Of a DNA stretch of 64,000 bases, positions 26,467-39,596 are shown one piece after another. Position 1 is the stretch's first letter. Every line of letters begins with the position of its first letter. The translations under genes were made by a program, and so were the position numbers. The notes below the pieces were generated by a model. The model did no database searches. It saw only the letters and a program-made list of their open reading frames with translations, and had not been told where the DNA came from. This stretch comes from Isurus oxyrinchus (lineage: Eukaryota), in the NCBI GenBank assembly GCA_026770705.1, contig JANJGN010000013.1, positions 117,738,001 to 117,802,000 of the forward strand. The letters are read 5' to 3'.

Positions 26467-29400
26467 TTTATTTATTTATTTATTTATTCATGGGATGCAG
26501 GCATCACTGGCTAGACCAGCATTTATTGCCCATCTCTAATTGCCCTTGAAATGTGGTAGTGAGCTGCCTTCTTGAACCACTGCAGTCCATATGTTGTGGG
26601 AACACTCACAGTGCTGTTAACAAGGGAATTCCATGATTTTGACCTAGCGACAGTAAAGGAATGATGGTACAGTTCCAAGTCAGGATGAAGTGTGGCTTAG
26701 AGGAGAACTTGAAGGTGGTGGTGTTCCCATGCATCTGCTGCCCATGTCCTTCTAGGTGGTACAGGTTGCAGGACCTGTAAGGAGCCTTGGTGAGTTGTTG
26801 CAGTGCATCTTGTAGATGGCACATAGTACTGCTACAGTGCATCGGTGGTGGAGGAAGTGAATGTTGAAGGTGTTGGATGGGGTGCGAATCAAGGCTGTTT
26901 TGTCCTGGATGGTGCCCAGCTTCTTGGATGTTGTTGGAGCTGCACTCATCCAGGCAAGTGGAGAGTATTCCATCACACTCCTGACTTATGCCTTTTAAAT
27001 GGTGGACTTGCTTTGGGAAGTCAGGAGGTGAGTTACTCACCGCAGAATTCTCAGCTTCTGACCTGCTCTTGTAGCCACAGTATTTATAGTGCTGATCCAG
27101 TTCAAATTTTGGTCAATAGTAACCCCCAAGATGTTGATAGTGGGGGATTCAGCAATTGTACTGCCATTGAATGTCATGGGGAGATGGTTTGATTCCCTCT
27201 TTTTGGAGATGGTCACTTACTGGCACTTGTGTGGCGCAACTGCCATTTTTCAGCCCAAGACTGAATATTTTCGTCTTGCTGCATACAGACAAGGACAACC
27301 TCAGTATCTGAGGTTTTGTCAATAGTGATAGATATTGTGCAGCCAGCGAACATCCCCACTTCTGAACTTATGATGGAGGATGGAGGAAAGGTCATTGATG
27401 ACATTAATGAAGATGGTTGGGCCTAGGACACTACCCTGAGGAACTCCTGTAGCAATGTCCAAGGCTGAGAGGATTGACCTCTAACAACCACAACCGTCTT
27501 GCTTTGTGCTATGTATGACTCCAACCAGTGGAGAGTTGTCCCCCTAATTCCCATTGACTCCAGTTTTACTGAGGCTCCTTGATGCTACACTTGGTCAAAT
27601 GTAGCTTTGATGTCAAAGGCAATCACTCTCATCTTACCTTTTGAGTTCAGCTCATTTGTTCATGTTTGGACAGAGGCTTTAATGAGGTCAAGAGCTGAGT
27701 GGCTCTGGTGGAACCCAGACTGAGCATTAGGGAGCAGGTTATTGCTGTGTAAGTGCTGCAGGATAGCACTGTCAACGGTAGCTTCCATCACTTTGCTGAT
27801 GATCGAGAGTAGACTGATGGGACGGTACTTGGCCAGGTTGGATTTGTTCTTCTTTTTGTGGACGGGACATACCTGGGCAATTTTTCACATTGCCGATAGA
27901 TGCCAGTGTTTTAGCAGTACTGGAATAGTTTGGCTAAGGGTGCGGCAAGTTCTGGAGAACAGGTCTTCAGTACTATTGCAGCATTGTTGTCAGGGTCCAT
28001 ACAGTTTGCAGTGTCCAGAGCCTTGAGCTGTTTTTTGATATCACATGGAGTAAATTGAATTTGCTGAAGACCAGCAGCTATGATGCTGGAGACCTCAGGA
28101 AGAAGCCAAGATAGATCTTCCACCGGGCAATTCTGACTGAAAATGGATGCAAATGCTTCAGCCTTGTCTTTTGCATTGATGTGCAGATCTCCCCCATCAT
28201 TGAGGATGGGGATATTTGTGGAACCTCCTCCTCGTGTTAACTGTTTATTGTCCAACACCATTCATGACTGGATGTGGCAGAACTGCAGAGCTTAGATCTG
28301 ATCTGTTGGTTGGGGGATTGTTTATTGCATGCTCTATCTATCGCATGCTGATTCCACTATTTGACATGCAAGTAGCTTCACCAGATTGACACCTCATTTT
28401 TAGGTATGCCTGGTGCTGCTCCTGGCATATCCTCCTGCACTCTTCATTGAACCAGGGTTGAACCCCAGATTGATGGTAATGGGAGGGTGGGGGATATGCC
28501 AGCCCATGAAATTACAGATTGTGGTCGAATACAATTCTGCTGCTGCTGATGGCCACAGCGCCCCATGGATGCTGAGTTTTGAGCTGCTGAACCTGATCAA
28601 AATCTATCCCATCTAGCATGGTGATGATGCCACACAACATGATGGCAAGTATCCTCATTGTGAAGGTGGGACTTCATCTCCACAATGACTATGTGGTGGT
28701 CACTCCTACTGATACTGCCATAGACAGATGCATCAGTGACAGGTAGATTGATGAAGAAGAGGTTAAGTAAGTTTTCTCCCCCTTGTTGATTCCCTCACCA
28801 CCTGCCGCAGACCCAGTCTAGCAGCTATGTCCTTTAGGACTCGGCTAGCTCGGTCAGTAGTAGACAGTGAAGTCCCATCACCCGAGTACATTCTGTGCCC
28901 TTGCCACCCTCAGTGCTTCTTCCAAGTGGTGTTCAACATGGATGAGTTGGGGCAATAGGTGGTAATTAGCAGGTTCCCATGCCCATTTTTGACCTGATGC
29001 CATGAGACTTCAAGAGGTCCAGAGTCAACACTGAGGACTTCCAGGGCAACCCACTCCCGACTATATACCACTTTCCCCTCACCTTTGGCGGGTCTGACCG
29101 GCCAATGAGACAGGACATACCCAGAGATGGTAATGGTGGTGTCTGCGACACTGTCTGTGAGGTATGATTTGGTGAGTCTGACTAGGTCAGGCTGTTGCTT
29201 GACTAGTCTGTGAGACAACTGTCCCAATTTTGGCACAAGCCTCCAAATGTTAGTAAGGAGAACTTTACTGGGTCTACAGGGCTAGGTTTGCCACTGTAAT
29301 TCCTGGTGCCTAGGTCAATGTCGGATAGCCTGCCCAGTTTCATTCCTTTTACTCTTCATAGTGGTTTGGTACAATTGTGGCTTGCTAGGCCATTTCAGAG

Positions 29401-29664
29401 GTCATTTAAGAGTCAACCACATTGTTGTGGGTCTGGAGTCACATGTTGGCCAGACCAGGTAGGGACAGCAGATTTCCTTCCCTGAAGAGCATTAGTGAAC
29501 CAGATGGATTCATGGTCAACAACTTTTTAATTCCAGTTTTTTTAATATAATTTAATTTAAATTTCACCAGCTGTCATGGTAGGACTTGAACCTATGTCCA
29601 GAGTATTCACCCGTGCTTCTAGATTCCTAGTCCAGTGACATTACCTGTATACCACTTCTTCCCC
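26467..29664 (-). mobile_element. near full-length decayed LINE (CR1 group, APE+RT) with tRNA-derived 5' head and no apparent ORF1
   Basis: APE start LTNIWRLVPKLG..KQQPD..LTKSYL at ~29250; RT C-terminus MEYSPLAWMSAAPTT; (TAAA)n tail; B box GGTTCAAGTCC at 29582-29592. Confidence 0.8.
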
Positions 29665-30589
29665 TGTGAAGACGTCATTTAGCAATTTGAATTTCATGTC
29701 CTCAGTAGTTTCAACAATTCCTGTTAACCAGCATCTTGTGGAGCCACACGATAGCAATTTGGAATCCATTTGATCATGGAACTGTGATTAGCTCACTTGA
29801 AATTAGTACAAGGAGGAGCAGATTAAACTTTTTACTGCAAGACTTGAAAAAGGTTGTAAATTTTGGACTTATTTACATTGCAGTTGCAAGTTTAATAAAA
29901 GGTTGTAATTTTGGACTTACTTACAATACAGTTTCAAATTTAATAAAAGTAACATGAGAAAAATAATACTTTTAGATGTGCACCTATCAAATGGATTAAA
30001 TGTAATACTCTTGTTAATGTTTCTGTAATGAAACTATTAAGTATATCATAAAATCAGCTTTTTGCAAATAATATTTCAATTAAAGACAATTGACTTTTTA
30101 TGCATTTCACTCCCAGCACTGAAGACAAAGGAAAGTAGTCAAAATTATCTGTTTTAAAAATGATTATAACTTCACAAGTAATCATAACTGGTCCAGTTTA
30201 CCTGTTCTTTAACAAGAGTCCACAGTTCAAGACTGTTTCACGTTTGGAACTAATGGATTTAAGTGGCCAAGGATAACAAGTCTAGATGTAAATGTCACTT
30301 TGTGTACAGAGTATGTAGTTATTAGGCGGGTTGGATTTGTGTGTCTTCATGGAAAGCCTAACATTGCTAATCAGTGGTTTGTACCTTTTGCAAGTACAAA
30401 CTCACATAGATTGACTGACAAATGGATGCTGGATGGATTTGGGATCTGTCAAGAGTTCAATTTGACAAATATGAGAAGCAAAAAATGTTGTTCTTACCAA
30501 GCATGATAAAAGCATAGAATGAATGCTACTTGTCACATTTATATGCTTCCAAGTAGCATTTGGGATGTCAGTCATGTGGTCTGCTTTGT

Positions 30590-31640
30590 CATGGATGGTG
30601 TCAAGCTTCTTGGTGGTGTTGGAGTTGCACTCATCCAGACAAGTGGAGAGTATTCCATCACACTGCTGACTTGTGCCTTGTAGATGGTGGACAGCTTTGG
30701 GGAGTCAAGAGATGAGTTACTAGCCACAGAATTCTCAACCTCTGTCCTACTCTTGTAGCAGCAGTATTTATATGGCTAGTCCAGTTAAATTTTTGGTCAG
30801 TGGTAACCTCAAGGATGTTGATAGTGGAGGATTCAATGATGGTAATGCCATTGAATGCAAGGGGAAATGGTTAGATTCTTGCTGGAGATGGTCATTGCTT
30901 GGCACTTGTGTGATGCAAATGTTACTTGCCACTTATCAGCCCAAGCCTAAGTGTTGTCCACGTCTAGCTGCATATGGACGCGGGATTGCTTCAGTATCTG
31001 AGGAATTGTGACTAGTGCTGCACATTGTACAATCATTGGCGAACATCCCCATTCCTGATCTTATGACGGAGGGAAGGTCATTGATGAAGTAGCTGAAGAT
31101 GGACTCCTGTCCTGGGACTGAGATGATTGACCTCCAACAACCACAACCGTCTTCCTTTGTGCTAAGTATGACTCCAACCAGTGGAGGGTTTTCCCCTGAT
31201 TCCCGCTGACTTCAGATTTGCTAGGGCCCTCTGATGCCACACGCAGTCAAATGTGGCCTTGATGTCAAGTCACTTCCATATCACCTCAGCTCTTTTGTCC
31301 ATGTTTAGACCAAGGCAGTAGTGAGGTCAGAAGCTGAGTGGCCATGGCAGGACCCAAACTGAGTGTCAGTGAGCAGGTTATTGCTGTATAAGCACTGCTT
31401 GTTAGCACTGTCAATGATGCCTTCCATCATTTTGCCGATGATCGAGAGTAGACTGATAGAGCGGTAATTGGCTCAGTTGGAATGGTCATGCTTTTTGTGG
31501 ACTAGACATACCTGGGCAATCTTCCACATTGCCTGGTAGATGCCAGTGTTGTAGCTGCGCTGGAACAGCTTCCTTAGGGGCATGGCTAGTTCTTAAGCAC
31601 AGTTCTTCACTGCTATTGCTGGAATGTTGTCAGCGCCCCT
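30590..31640 (-). mobile_element. internal RT fragment of the same LINE family
   Basis: colinear with ~26900-28020. Confidence 0.8.
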
Positions 31641-31884
31641 AGCTGTGAATGTGATAATGGCTTATGAAAAGTTTTATCTCATGAATATACTGGAAGTTAT
31701 TTTCTCTCATGAATATTCAGGGAGTTAATCAGGAAAATTAAGAATTTTTGAGTACGGATGACAAAACTTTAATGTACAGTTCAAATTAAACGATTCCCCT
31801 TATTATAGGTACTAGAGTACAAGTTAAAGTTTGTTACATACCTGTCCGTTGTAACTTTGCAGTATCATAATATAGGCCCAAGTC

Positions 31885-32250
31885 TGAGCCCAGTGGTAGC
31901 ATTTTTGCTTCTAACTGAGAGGGTCAAGACCCACACCAAGTTGGAGACAAGGACATAATCTATGTTGGCACATCAGTGCAGTATTGAGGGAATGCTGCAC
32001 TGTTTCAGATGAAATATTAAATCAAGGCACCATCTATGCTCTTAAGTGGATATAAAAGATCCCACTGCACTATTCAAAGAAGAACAAGGGAATTCTCCTT
32101 GTGCCCTGGCAAACATTCTTTCCTTAAACAACATCATCAAAACTAAAAATAATCTCTTTGCTGTTTATGAGACTTTGTTTTTTGCAAATTGACTGTTGTG
32201 TTTTCTAGATTTTAACAGTGAATACATTTCAAAAGTAGACTGTGAAAGGC
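31885..32250 (+). mobile_element. tRNA-derived SINE with Deu-type core (SacSINE1/AmnSINE1-like), decayed
   Basis: core ..AAAAGATCCCACTGCACTATTCAAAGAAGAACAAGGGAATTCTCC..; homologous to 60245-60700. Confidence 0.65.
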
Positions 32251-32644
32251 ACTGCATAATTGCAAGTTCTTTTTCTGTTTTTCTTAGAACGTGCAATGCC
32301 AGAAACATGGTATGTTTATGAGGTACAATAATACGTCCAAACTTGATCATGCCAATACATCCCTAGCTGGCTTTCGATCCTCTGCCGTCTGTAAACTTTA
32401 GCTCACCCAAGGGGTTTCCCTTCCCATCGGCTGAAGAGTCGGTAGGGAATCCCTGCTGAAATTGCCTGCCCCACAGCCATTTAACGCTCCAACGAGCATT
32501 AATTGGCTGAAGGCAGGAATTCTGCCCCTCACTCGGGAGACAGTTCTACCTCAGAGAGCTGATGGCCAATCAGGTTGGCCAGCAGCTCTCTAGTCTCTGT
32601 AGTGCCAGAAGCTGCAGTGGATAAGACTGGGACTGCAAGCAGTC

Positions 32645-34345
32645 ACAGAATCACGGAATCACATAGTGCAGAAGAAGCCTTCTGCCCATTGAGTCTGCAC
32701 CAACACGTGACAAACACCTGACCTACCACCTAATCCTATTTACCAGCACTTGGCCCATAGACTTGAATGTTATGACGTGCCAGGTACTTTTTAAAGGATA
32801 TGAGGCAAACCGCCTCCACCACCCTCCGAGGCAGCACATTCCAGACCATCACCACCCTCTGGGTAAAAAAGTTTTTCCTCACACTCCCCCTAAACCTCCT
32901 GCCCCTCAACTTGAACTTATGTCCCCTCATGACTGACCCTTCAACTAAGGGGAACAGCTGCTCCCTATCCACCCTGTCCATGCCTCTCATAATCTTGCAT
33001 ACCTCGATCAGGTCACACCTCAGTCTTCTCTGCTCCAACAAAAACAACCCAAGTCTATCCAATCTCTCTGCATAACTTAAATGTTTCATCCCAGGCAACA
33101 TCCTGGTGAGTCTCCTCTGTACCCCCTCCAGTGCAATCACATCCTTCCTATAATGTGGTGACCAGAACTGCACACAGTACTCCAGCTGTGGCCTCACCAA
33201 GGCTCTATACAATTCCAACATGATCTCCCTACTTTTGTAATCTATGCCTTAATTGTTAAAGGCAAGTGTCTCATATGCCTTTTTCACCACCCCACTAACA
33301 TGCAACTCCGCCTTCAGAGATCTTTGGACACACACACCTAGCTCCCTTTGTTCCTCAGAACTTCCTAGTGTCATGCTGTTCATTGTCAATTTGTCAAATT
33401 ACTCCTTCCAAAGTGTATCACCTCACATTTTTCAGGGTTAAATTCCAACTGCCACTTATCTGCCCATTTGTCCCATCTATATCTTCCTGTAGCCCAAGAC
33501 ACTCAACATCACTGTCAACCACCTGGCCAATCTTTATGTCATCTGCAAACTTACTAATCCTACCCCACACATAGTCATCTATGTCATTTATATAAATGAT
33601 GAATAATAGGGAACCCAGCACAGATCCCTATGGTATGCCACTGGACACTGGCTTCCAGTCACTAAAGCATCCTTCTGTCATCACTCTCTGCCTCCTACAA
33701 CTAAGCCAATTTTGAATCCACCTGATCAAATTACCCTGTCTCCCATGTGCCTTTGCCTTCTTTATAAGTCTCCCATGTGGGACCTTGTCAAAGGCTTTAC
33801 TGAAATCCATATAAACTACATCAACTGCACTGCCCTCTTCTACACATCTGGTCACCTCCTCAAAAAATTCAATCAAATTTGTTAGGCATGACCTCCCTCT
33901 GACAAAGCCATGCTGACTATCCCTGATCAAACCTTGTCTCTCCAAATGGAGATAGACTCTCTCCTTCAGAATTTTCTCCAATAATTTCCCTACCACTGAC
34001 ATGAGACTCACTGGCCTGTAGTTCCCTGGCTTATCTCTACAACCCTTCTTAAATAGCGGAACCTCATTAGCTGTTCTCCAGTCCTCTGGCATCTCCCCCG
34101 TGGCCAGAGAGGAATTAAAAATTTGGGTCAGTGCCCCTGCGATCTCCTCCCTTGCCTCCCTCAGCAGTCCGAGACATAAATCATCCGGACCTGGAGATTT
34201 GTCCACTTTTAAGTCTGCCAACACCTCCAATACCTTGTCACTCCCTATTTCAATTTGCTCACGAGCCTAGCAGTCTCTCTTCCTGAGTTTGATACTTTCA
34301 TCCTCACTCTTTTGGGTGAAGACGGATGTGAAGTACTCATTCAAC
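32645..34345 (-). mobile_element. 5'-truncated CR1 LINE inserted in a MITE (~32410-34830)
   Basis: KSPGPD, GNYRPVSL, QHGFVRGRSCLTNL, KFADD; short tandem 3' tail; flanking MITE ends AAAATTCTGCCC at 34830. Confidence 0.92.
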
Positions 34346-36373
34346 TAGTCCCCAGAGCCTAAGTCCCAGGTGTCCAGGAGCAGGTACATTTTGGGGGTCT
34401 TAGGGCAGAGAGGCTGCGTGAGGCCTGGGGGCATGGACAGAGGGGGTTTGGAGTCAGTGGAGAGGCTGGGGGTGGGGAGGGAGGACCTGAGGTGACTAGA
34501 TCTAATTGGGGTGGGGGGATTGTGTGGCGCCTGATGTTAAAAGGGGGCTGCTGATGGAACTGCAGTCCCCTTCCCACCTGAGGCCTGACCCTGCACCTGA
34601 AAATTGAGGCTGGGTGGGAAACAGCCCTTAGGTGTTAAATAATTGGCCACTTAAGGGCCCTAATTGGAGCATGGGTGGGCAAGCTGGCCTAGTCCTCGCC
34701 TGTCTCAGCATAAAATTGCAGAGAGGCCAGGGCAGCTGGAACCCAGCAGGAAGCCCATCCGAGAAATGTTGTGTTCATCCCCCCCACCGACCCACGAACC
34801 CACCAGCTGAGGAAACATAAAATTCTGCCCAGTGTTTATTTGTGCCAGAACACTAGGGGAGCACAAATGCAGTGTCAGAATGTCAACTGCTGCATTAAAA
34901 CAAAGAAGTTGGCTTGACACAGACTTTCAATACGAAACAGCCCTTAACCGATTGCAAGTCCTTCTTTCCAAATTACCTATCATTTATCAAATCCCTCTTT
35001 GAAATACGCTTCTGATGATTCAGTGAATGAAGAAATATAATCAGGAAATTTCAGTAACTGAGATTCCCAACTTCCAATGAACTCAGTTTATGGAGAATTG
35101 ATTGTAATATTTTTGTTAAAAAGCAATAAAAATGTTTTTTGAATAAAATACTTAAGAAATTTATTATCTTGTGCAGAATTCAAAAATGTCCCTGGTATTA
35201 ATAGTCTGACTATTATCCAACTGAACTACTTTGACTGTGAGGGTTCCCTGCACAAAGTCTTAACAGTTTAGGATAAAAGTAGCATTTCAAAAACTCATCT
35301 ACTTTGTTTATTTTTGTGGTCTGATTTATTGAGCACTTTGCCTCAGGGAGATCTGTGTGCTCTTTCGCACGCATGCGCGAAAGAGCACACTCCCGGCTCA
35401 GCGAATTCACCCCCCGCCCCCCATCTGCACAGGGAGCGCACAGCGCTTCTGAGCGAATGTCACGCTGGGCAGGCCTTAATTGGCCCGCCCACATAAAATG
35501 GCGGCACGCCCCCAACTGGGGATGCTGATCAGGAACCTGCCCAGCCATGCCTGCTCCCGCAGGGGGGAAAATGTTGCCCTAGGTTTCTGTGCTTTAGAAG
35601 CCTCATGGGAACAGGGTCCTGTGGCTCAGTAGCAGTTGGAAAAGTGAAAATTGGATTTAACAGAATTGGTAGGGGTGACCTTGTGATTTTACTCACTGGG
35701 AGAATCCTATTGTCTGGCAGGACAGTGATAGGATCCGTCTAGCAATATTGAGGAGGGCAAGATAAAAAGAGTAAATATAAAGCTTTTAATTTCCAGAGTG
35801 TCAGCCTATGAGTTGAAGGCAGGACAGGACTTCCAGCAGGATTCACAGCAAACAGTCTACTTTACTGCAAACAAAGTCAGTTTGAAAGTTATTTTCTCAG
35901 CAAATGGAGTCTGCTTAAACAGCGCCCTACAGCAAACATTCTGTAGCGTCTATTTAGAAAGAGTGTCTGAACTACAGTAAATAGATCTCATGACTGAAAC
36001 TACAGCAACATTTCTCAATAAAAGCAGAGTGATGTGACTTCTCCAGCAAAATGCAGTGAGTAAAGGATATTTATATATACATTATATGCATAAAATCAAT
36101 CCCCAACATTTAATTACAGCAATGCAGTTTCCAGGCGTGATTAATAGGGCAATTACCCAATCATCTTCATTCTTTCCAGGAATAACAATGTCACTATATG
36201 CAGCTGTTATTTCCCATGTCACTTTTTGTTATGTGGATTTTTGATGCTTTAAAGGTGTGATACCTCTAAGCCACACTCTTAGCACTGATGCCTTTGAAAA
36301 TTTGACCTGACAAAACATTTGCCAGATCCAAGTAATTGTACTGATAAAGCACAAGTCCAAGTATATCATATTT

Positions 36374-36478
36374 AAAACAAAAATAAAAATACCTGGAAAA
36401 ACTCAGCAGGTCTGGCAGCATCTGCAGACTTTTACTTTTGTTTTGGATTTCCAGGATCTGCAGCTTATTGCTTTTATT
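36374..36478. mobile_element. two Penelope tail fragments fused in opposite orientation
   Basis: - strand tail (matches 50762-50815) joined at ~36428 to a + strand tail (matches ~56250-56295). Confidence 0.65.
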
Positions 36479-38976
36479 ATAGTAGCATATTTACCCAAGT
36501 TCTTTAGTCCAGGTAAGCCATATAGAACAGATTCACCTATGCTAATTCACCTGGTTAGGAACTATCGCAAATTCGAATTGTGCAAATTGATAATTAGATT
36601 AAGGTTTGGGAAACATACAAGAACAACTTGCATTCATATGGCTCCTTTAATATACCAAATCTTCCCAAGGAGTTTCACAGGTATGTAATAAACAAAAATT
36701 GACACTTGCCAAAGAAGGAGATCTTAGGACAAGTGACCAAAAACTTGCTTGAAGGGGTAGGCTTTGAGTACCATATTAAAGAAGTGAAAGACGGAGAAGC
36801 AGATGGATTAGAGCCTTAACAGCTAAAGGCATGGATGCCAATGTGTGGGCAAAGGAAGTTGAAAATACACAGGAGGTCAGCATTAGAGGAATGCTGAGGG
36901 TTACAGAGATACGGAGGGGTGAGGCTATGAAGGGCTTGGCCACGAGGATGAGAACTTTATTGGTGAACTAAGCCAAGGTAGGTCAGCAAGCACAGGTGTG
37001 GTGAGTTAGAAATTTTGTACAAGTTCAAGTCGATGAATGGTCAAAGATGGAATCCAAACACACACGCTTGAACTCAGATCCAACACAATTGTTAGAGTAC
37101 GGAAGGGGATAGTTTTCCATGACACACAGGATGACTGAGAGTGGCATGTTTGCAGGTGGTTCAACAATTAATTATTCTAAATTCTGTTTCAGCTGGCAGT
37201 TCATGGTAACTTATTCCATCAAATTATTGTCAGTTATTTTTCTCAGATAAAAGCAGTGCTGCCAGTAGTTTGTTGCTTTCCTTAAGTGACTTATGTGACA
37301 AGATTTCCATAACAATCACAGCTTTTGCACAAAAATAGATCAACTTCATCTAAATATATATCTACATATGCATATATAGAGCATTTTAAATAATTTTGCC
37401 TCTGGAGAATTTAAAATTGCTTTCATTTATATGGCTGTTAAAAATTCTAATAAGTCTTGACAGCTTTGTAAGGATAATTGCACGTCATTCCCCATAATTA
37501 CATTTCCTCATTAGTTCAGCAGAATATCTATTTTCTTATTCAGCCTTTATGTTCAATCAGCTTCCAAAGACATTCTATTACTGCAGCATTAAAAATATTC
37601 ACTCTCTGCAGCTGTTGGTGTGTCAACTTTGAATTAAAATGCTGCAGCCTCAGTTTTGAAGCATACAGTACATTGAATTCTTTTTAATTATAGTTTTCAG
37701 ATTTGACTAATTTTCTGATGAGAGCTCTTCCACTTCCATTAACATTCCCCTTGCCACTCTCATCAATGTGCATTTTTCCACATTAAATGATTTCTGCTAT
37801 TTGTCTGCCCAATCCCTTGACAGCTTGGTATCACCAGAAAGCTTCACACCTTTGTTACCATCTCCACTTCAATTTCTGTACATGGCGAACAGTATTAACA
37901 GTATTCCCCTGTTTGTCTATTTCTAATTCCACATGCATTCAGTCCTATATATAATACCCTTGCTTTGTTTCAGGAAATTTTTAAACATTTCAGAGGCATT
38001 TCCTTACTTAATCCCTTGACTTCCAACTTTGAGGACCCGTCTTTTATGTAGTATTCTGTCAAAGACACTGTCAAAATCTAAATTATATAATAAAAATTCC
38101 CTGGACGTGTGCTGACTTTTGGATTTTCCAGATTTTGGGTTCGTGTTGGGGGAAGTGGAGGAAATAAGATAATAATTAATTAAAATTTAAACCTGGGTCA
38201 ATTTCCCTACCCCAGGGAATGGATGAGGGATGGACCAGGCCAGCTTCTCTGCTGTTAATCCTGACATGGAGCAAATAAGGCCGGACCCAAAAAGCAGTGG
38301 ATCAGTACATCGCAACCCTAATGTAACAGACAGCAATGCCTGATGGGGATTGTAGTTTCCAGAGCGGGACCCGGTTTTTGGATCATTCTGGATTTTGGGG
38401 CGCCAGATAAGGGACCCGGTACCTGTACTAGGAATACAAAGTGGGTCTGTCAGCATCTATAAAGAAGAAATATTCAATCAAGTTAACTAAGCATGATTCG
38501 CCCTTAACAAATCCATGCTGGCTGTCTTTTATCCACATTTATCCAGTGACTGTTAATTTTGTCCCAGATTATTGTTTCTAACAGCTTACCCACCGCTGAG
38601 GTTAAACTGACTGGCCTGTAGTTGCTGAGTTTATCCTTACGCCCATTTTTGAACAAGGATGTAACATTTGCAATTTTCCAGTTCTCTGGCACCTCACCTG
38701 TACCTGAGGGGGAGTGGAAGGTTATGGCCAGTACCTCTGCAATTTCCACCTTTTGTTACAATTATAAGGCTTATAAGATTGTTATGTTTTAGGACTCTGT
38801 CTTTAATTTAAGGTAAAATGAAGGAAGTCATGTGATCTGTTCTGAAATCTGCCTGACAATAGGCCTGGGTGATGGGGCTGTTAAAGATTAAAGCAAGACC
38901 CAGATTGTTTTACTGGAAAAGTGTAAGATCTTCACTCTAGGAGATAAATGCAGCAGCATTCTGTGTTTACGTTGAT

Positions 38977-39595
38977 CAGACCAGCACCTCGTCTTCTGAT
39001 TAGGCACTTTACAGCCTTCTGGACTTAACATTGAGTTCAACAACTCCAGACCATGAGCCCTCTCCTCCATCCTCATCCCCTTTTTTATCCCCTTTCTCAG
39101 TATTCATTTTTATTTTTTATCCACTTATTTTTATTTTTATTTATTTTCATTTTTATTCATTGTTTTATCCCCACCTTGTATCTTATTTTCAATCTCTCCC
39201 CCACCAACCTCACTTGTTCATGTTGTTCTTTCTAGTGTGCTTACCCTTGTTGTGCTATTATCACATTCTATTTTCTGACCTTAATGCCACCATCAGCACC
39301 TCCTCTAGCCAATGCCACTATCATTAACACCCCTTTATCCTTTTGTCCATGACATCTCTGGCAATCTCTCCAGCTATCACTGGCCTTCTATCCAGCTTCA
39401 CCTACTCCAAACCCCTTAAACAATATAAATTTTATCACATCTTTACTTCTCTCTAGTTCTGAAGAAGAGTCATATGGACTCGAAACATTAACTGTTCTTT
39501 TTCTCCTCACAGATGCTGTTAGACCTACTGAACTTTTCCAGCATTTTCTGTTTTTGTTTCTGATTTTCAGCATCCACAGTATTTTGCTTTTATCT
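38977..39595 (+). mobile_element. older Penelope-like 3' fragment (GIY-YIG end plus pseudo-LTR)
   Basis: QHLVF*LGTLQPSGLNIEFNN matches the C-terminus at ~55720-55791; same 3' tail. Confidence 0.85.
39455..39493 (+). ncRNA. minimal hammerhead ribozyme motif (canonical core, stem III decayed)
   Basis: AGUU-CUGAAGA-A-GAGUC-auaug-GACUC-GAAA-CA-UU-AACU; CG-to-CA change fits CpG decay. Confidence 0.7.
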
Positions 39596-39596
39596 T

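Noticed and set aside
29570-29664. genuine tRNA genes (also the heads at ~40570, ~44790 and ~60700)
   Set aside because: A/B boxes run straight into SINE or LINE bodies and no complete cloverleaf is evident
38360-38428. Tigger/pogo-like terminal repeat ending ACCTG|TA
   Set aside because: Only one end is recognisable; no matching left TIR was found
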